Shown here one piece after another: positions 7,267 to 10,236 of a stretch of DNA of 10,236 nt. The translations under genes and the position numbers were made by a program. The first letter of the stretch is position 1. Every line of letters starts with the position of its first letter. The notes under the pieces were generated by a model, which had not been told where the DNA came from, ran no database searches, and saw nothing but the letters and a program-made list of their open reading frames with translations. Source of the DNA: Deferribacteraceae bacterium (lineage in GTDB: Bacteria > Chrysiogenota > Deferribacteres > Deferribacterales > JAISNW01); contig JAIRQX010000024.1 of the NCBI GenBank assembly GCA_031256375.1, positions 1-10,236 on the forward strand. The letters are read 5' to 3'.

Positions 7267-7791
7267 TTATATAATCTGCGGATAATCGCCGGACTGAATC
7301 CTGCGTTTTATATGTTTTTTTATGGTATCTTTGCGGAAAGACGGCAAATGATCAAGGAACAACACTCCGTTAAGATGATCCATCTCATGCTGCAAAGCGC
7401 GCGCCCTCTGTTCCACCGCCTCAAGAATAACACTCTCCCCTTTTTCATTTAACGCGGTTAATGTGACTTTAGCATATCTTTTAACAGGCGCAAACTCCCC
7501 CGGTAAAGACAGGCAACCTTCATCAGCAATGATCTCCCCGCTGAATGCAGTGATTTCAGGGTTTATAAAAACTTCCGGTTCCCTGACAACGCTTTTGCCA
7601 CCGTTTCTGTCAACTACAAAAATCCTTAGTGAACGGTTCACCTGCGGAGCAGCCAATCCGTAACCTTTAGCATTATAAAGGGTCTCTATCATATCCGCTA
7701 TCAGCGTTTTTATCTCTTCGGTTATCTCTTCAACCGGTTCCGCTTTCTTTCTGAGGATTTCAGCGGGAAAAGCCGCTATATTAAGAATCAT
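7267..7791 (-). CDS. def: Peptide deformylase.
   Basis: All three PDF motifs are present: GLAAPQ (motif 1), EGCLS (motif 2) and HEMDH (motif 3, the metal-binding HExxH). The length of 174 aa is typical. Confidence 0.9.
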   Translation of the reverse strand: MILNIAAFPAEILRKKAEPVEEITEEIKTLIADMIETLYNAKGYGLAAPQVNRSLRIFVVDRNGGKSVVREPEVFINPEITAFSGEIIADEGCLSLPGEFAPVKRYAKVTLTALNEKGESVILEAVEQRARALQHEMDHLNGVLFLDHLPSFRKDTIKKHIKRRIQSGDYPQII

Positions 7792-8270
7792 ATCTTTCTC
7801 CTGAAAAAGGCGGTGAGAGCCCCTGCATAAGCCTCTCTTATCCCATTGTTGCGGATTTCCGCCGCAAGAGCGCCGATTTTTTTTTCCTGCTCATTTGTCA
7901 GAGACTGTTTCTCCTTAGGCAGAGGAAGAACAGGTTGTCTCATTTTTGATAATTTGAACCGTATATCTGAAAGATCAATCCCGTAAGTTTTTATCTTGTT
8001 GATCATCCCCTCTTTTATATACGGAAATTCGGCTAACCATATTTGATCACAAACGGCGACGCTTAAAAGCCCTTTTTTAAGCCGGTAAGGGAAAGTGACT
8101 GTGGCTATCCTCTCTCCCATCAGCACAGACCACGCGCGCTGAAGACGCAAAATATCAGTTATACCGCGCTGAGAACCTCCAACTTCATCAAAAATCTCTT
8201 TCAGAGCTACAGGCTGTTTTTTGTACATTCCTCCGCCGCGCTTTTGTCTTGCAATATTTGATGTATCCAT
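7788..8270 (-). CDS. DUF721/DciA-like protein.
   Basis: The core LQRAWSVLMGERIATVTFPYRLKKGLLSVAVCDQIWLAEFPYIKEGMINKIKTYGIDLSDIRFKL fits the DUF721 pattern (W..vG..ia..t.P..l..G.L.v.V.s..W..EL). The stop overlaps the def start as ATGA. The start is uncertain. The ATG at 8270 overlaps the obg 3' end by 64 nt and has no Shine-Dalgarno. The ATG at 8228 (MYKKQ...) overlaps by 22 nt, but its GGAGGA lies immediately adjacent to the ATG. Confidence 0.55.
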   Translation of the reverse strand: MDTSNIARQKRGGGMYKKQPVALKEIFDEVGGSQRGITDILRLQRAWSVLMGERIATVTFPYRLKKGLLSVAVCDQIWLAEFPYIKEGMINKIKTYGIDLSDIRFKLSKMRQPVLPLPKEKQSLTNEQEKKIGALAAEIRNNGIREAYAGALTAFFRRKI

Positions 8271-9250
8271 AACAACAGTTCCGGTATCCCCTCTTTAGAT
8301 AAAGAGGAAATTTTAAAAAAGGGTTTGCCGTTTTTCAGTGCGTATTCCGCCAACCGCTCCAGATTCTCCTTAACCGTGGAGTCGGTTTTTGTGGCGACAA
8401 TCGCCTCCCGCTTAACGGCTACATCACAGGAATACGATTCCAGTTCCTTGCGTATGGCAAGATATCTGTCAACCACCGGCTCCTCTGCACAACACTCAGG
8501 AATAGGGTATGCAGAAACATCAACAAAATGTAGCAGTAAATCTGTACGTTCTATATGTCGCAGAAAATTCCGCCCCAATCCGTCTCCCTTGCTTGCGCCC
8601 TCAATTAAACCCGGCATATCAGCGATCACAAACGAACTGCCCGTATCATCTTTTACTACTCCTAGTACGGGAGTGAGTGTAGTAAACGGGTAATCAGCAA
8701 TCTTAGACTTTGCCGCCGATACTGTGGAGATAAATGTGGACTTCCCCGCATTAGGATAACCGATTATGCCTACATCCGCAATAAGTTTAAGTTCCAGCCG
8801 TATAATACGCCCTTCTCCGTCTTCACCGGTTTCGGCAGTCCGCGGGGCGCGTTGTGTGGAATTGGTAAAAGAGCTGTTCCCGCGTCCGCCCCTTCCGCCT
8901 TTTGCCAATAGAAATTCAGGTTGGCTACGGCTTATGTCCGCAAGAAGCATGCCATTTTCTTCGTCAAACACCATAGTGCCAAAAGGTACATATATGATGA
9001 TATCTGATCCGGTCTGCCCCGTCCTATCCCTACCCCCGCCATTTTTGCCGTTTCCGGCATTGTACTTTTTTTTATAACGGAGATCAAGGAGGGTTTGCTT
9101 GCCGCTATCCCCTTTAATTACTACATCTCCGCCCTTTCCGCCGTTACCGCCGTCAGGTCCGCCTCGAGGAACATATTTTTCACGACGGAAACTTATTGCG
9201 CCGTTGCCGCCGCGCCCGCCGGTAGTTGTAATCGTTAATGCGTCAATCAT
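8207..9250 (-). CDS. obg: Obg/CgtA family GTPase.
   Basis: The N-terminal glycine-rich Obg fold is present (MIDALTITTTGGRGGNGAISFRREKYVPRGGPDGGNGGKGGDV). The G-domain motifs are G1 GYPNAGKST, G3 DMPGLIEGA and G4 TKTD. Its position immediately downstream of rplU-rpmA fits. Confidence 0.9.
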   Translation of the reverse strand: MIDALTITTTGGRGGNGAISFRREKYVPRGGPDGGNGGKGGDVVIKGDSGKQTLLDLRYKKKYNAGNGKNGGGRDRTGQTGSDIIIYVPFGTMVFDEENGMLLADISRSQPEFLLAKGGRGGRGNSSFTNSTQRAPRTAETGEDGEGRIIRLELKLIADVGIIGYPNAGKSTFISTVSAAKSKIADYPFTTLTPVLGVVKDDTGSSFVIADMPGLIEGASKGDGLGRNFLRHIERTDLLLHFVDVSAYPIPECCAEEPVVDRYLAIRKELESYSCDVAVKREAIVATKTDSTVKENLERLAEYALKNGKPFFKISSLSKEGIPELLLWIHQILQDKSAAEECTKNSL

Positions 9251-9261
9251 ATTTCAAAGCC

Positions 9262-9300
9262 ATGAAAATAAAAAAGCGGCAAAAGTTTTCCCTCTGCCGC
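9262..9300 (-). terminator. Intrinsic terminator or attenuator between rpmA and obg.
   Basis: The minus-strand RNA reads GCGGCA(gag...13-nt loop)UGCCGC followed by UUUUUUAUUUU. The stem is 9276-9281 paired with 9295-9300, and the U-run is 9265-9275. The U-run ends 12 nt before the obg ATG, so obg expression needs read-through or an internal promoter. Confidence 0.5.
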
Positions 9301-9331
9301 ATAAACCGTTAAGTCTCCGCAAAATATTAAA

Positions 9332-9592
9332 TTAAAGCCGCTCAAAATAAACAGAAACAAACTGCCCTTTGCCGCCTTTGTTTTCAAACTTAACATAGCC
9401 GTCAGTCAGGGCAAAAAGCGTATGGTCTTTGCCGAGCCCCACATTTGCGCCGGCTTTAAACGGCGTACCGCGCTGTCGGACTAATATATTGCCGGCGACA
9501 ACACTCTCGCCTCCGTACTTTTTTACACCAAGACGTTTACTGTTACTGTCGCGACCGTTTCTGGAACTGCCTCCAGCTTTCTTGTGAGCCAT
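9332..9592 (-). CDS. rpmA: 50S ribosomal protein L27.
   Basis: [29 protein letters not shown]... is the canonical L27 N-terminus. The protein is 86 aa. A GAGGG Shine-Dalgarno lies upstream. Confidence 0.95.
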   Translation of the reverse strand: MAHKKAGGSSRNGRDSNSKRLGVKKYGGESVVAGNILVRQRGTPFKAGANVGLGKDHTLFALTDGYVKFENKGGKGQFVSVYFERL

Positions 9593-9622
9593 AATACCCT
9601 CATCTGTCTGATTTATTAATAA

Positions 9623-9931
9623 TCAGATAATTTTTGTTATCTTAACCTTTGTGTATCTCTGACGGTGTCCTATGCGTTTACGATAATCTTTACGGGGTTT
9701 TCTTTTAAATACAAGCACTCTGTCAGCCCTGATATTGCCGATCACTTCAGCCTCAACTGTCGCGCCTTCAACAGTAGGATTGCCTACCTTTACATTTCCG
9801 CCTTCCGCAATAAGTAAAACTTCACTGAACGTATGTACAGCGCCATTTTCAGCGTTTAAAAGCTCAACCTCAATAACAGAACCTTCTTCTACCGTATATT
9901 GTTTACCGCCTGTTTTAATCACTGCCAGCAT
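9623..9931 (-). CDS. rplU: 50S ribosomal protein L21.
   Basis: MLAVIKTGGKQYTVEEGSVIEVE... is the canonical L21 N-terminus. The protein is 102 aa with a basic C-terminus. A GGAGG Shine-Dalgarno lies 8 nt upstream of the ATG at 9931. Confidence 0.95.
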   Translation of the reverse strand: MLAVIKTGGKQYTVEEGSVIEVELLNAENGAVHTFSEVLLIAEGGNVKVGNPTVEGATVEAEVIGNIRADRVLVFKRKPRKDYRKRIGHRQRYTKVKITKII

Positions 9932-9961
9932 TTAGCATACCTCCATAACTCAGAGCTAGAA

Positions 9962-9990
9962 AGTCTATAAGGGATACAGGCTGTTGTCAA
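9962..9990 (-). promoter_or_regulatory. Sigma70-type promoter of the rplU-rpmA(-obg...) operon.
   Basis: On the minus strand there is a perfect -35 TTGACA (plus-strand coordinates 9985-9990). A 15-17 nt spacer follows, then a -10-like TATAGA/TAGACT (about 9962-9969), with an AT-rich UP-like tract upstream. The predicted leader is about 25 nt long and carries the GGAGG Shine-Dalgarno. Confidence 0.5.
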
Positions 9991-10012
9991 GAAATATTTT
10001 GGCAATTATATA
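9984..10012 (+). promoter_or_regulatory. Candidate divergent plus-strand promoter whose -35 overlaps the rplU promoter -35.
   Basis: The -35 is TTGTCA (9984-9989). A 17-nt spacer follows, then the -10 TATATA (10007-10012). The two -35 hexamers occupy the near-palindromic TTGTCAA. Confidence 0.35.
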
Positions 10013-10212
10013 CTTTGGCGCAAATTTGATGAAGAGTTTAAGAAAAATGCAGTGAAATTGAGTTATTTGAGTCCCCTTTATTTTTGTGCATTAGGAATTA
10101 CTTAAGGCAACCTCCAGAAACCACATCTTTAATAATGTGTGTAAAACAATTATGATAAGTTTGATGTTAAATTATGAAAAAACAAAAACAACGTTACATA
10201 TTTGGAGAGGAG

Positions 10213-10236
10213 ATGCAACTTGAAAGGCTCACTCAA
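10213..10236 (+). CDS. Possible 5' end of an unidentified plus-strand gene that runs off the right edge of the window.
   Basis: The ATG at 10213 (MQLERLTQ...) is preceded by GGAGAGGAG. An in-frame ATG at 10174 (MKKQKQRYIFGEE-MQ...) is also open but lacks a Shine-Dalgarno. Only 8-21 codons are visible. Confidence 0.25.

Noticed and set aside
1058-9935. Many short ORFs from the six-frame track on the strand opposite to annotated genes (for example 1058-1249, 1437-1820, 1508-1738, 2842-3294, 3383-3811, 3430-3618, 4549-4737, 5006-5230, 5259-5456, 5492-5695, 5646-5897, 6194-6472, 6814-7020, 7463-7663, 8325-8693, 8766-9077, 9099-9335, 9735-9935).
   Set aside because: Each lies fully inside and antisense to a longer ORF with recognisable protein features. 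The translations are Ser/Pro/Arg-rich or hydrophobic noise typical of antisense frames of GC-richer coding DNA.
1-10236. A check for mobile-element, CRISPR, tRNA, toxin-antitoxin or known defence-system signatures.
   Set aside because: No transposase or integrase-like ORF was found. No direct repeats with spacers were seen and no tRNA-like cloverleaf regions stood out. No small adjacent gene pairs typical of toxin-antitoxin systems appeared. Every gene has a housekeeping, envelope or unknown character.

Overview
This window has moderate GC and looks like core chromosome rather than an obvious mobile or defence island. On the minus strand, genes run in this order from 9931 down to 4472:
- rplU (L21)
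- rpmA (L27)
- an Obg GTPase
- a DUF721/DciA-like protein
- peptide deformylase (def)
- two tandem signal-peptide lipoproteins, the second with a C-terminal LysM domain
- a YjgR-like HerA/DUF853 P-loop ATPase

A plus-strand NfeD-like protein plus flotillin (SPFH/band-7) operon (2347-4261) converges on the ATPase gene. Further left, a second minus-strand cluster holds an N-terminally anchored membrane protein of unknown family, an AT-rich signal-peptide protein with a C-terminal beta-barrel signal (TTG start), and a GNAT acetyltransferase cut by the window edge. A possible plus-strand gene starts at 10213 and runs off the right edge.

I found no tRNA/rRNA, CRISPR array, transposase/integrase or toxin-antitoxin pair, and nothing here points to a mobile or defence system. 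The candidates for undescribed biology are modest:
- a perfect 11-5-11 palindrome between the divergent flotillin and membrane-protein promoters
- the domain-less membrane protein/OMP/GNAT trio, with an AT-rich outlier gene
- the paralogous lipoprotein pair grafted, together with def and the YjgR-like ATPase, onto the rplU-rpmA-obg operon
- back-to-back overlapping promoters at the right edge, with a long AT-rich leader

All product calls rest on motif recognition by eye. None has been confirmed by a database search.
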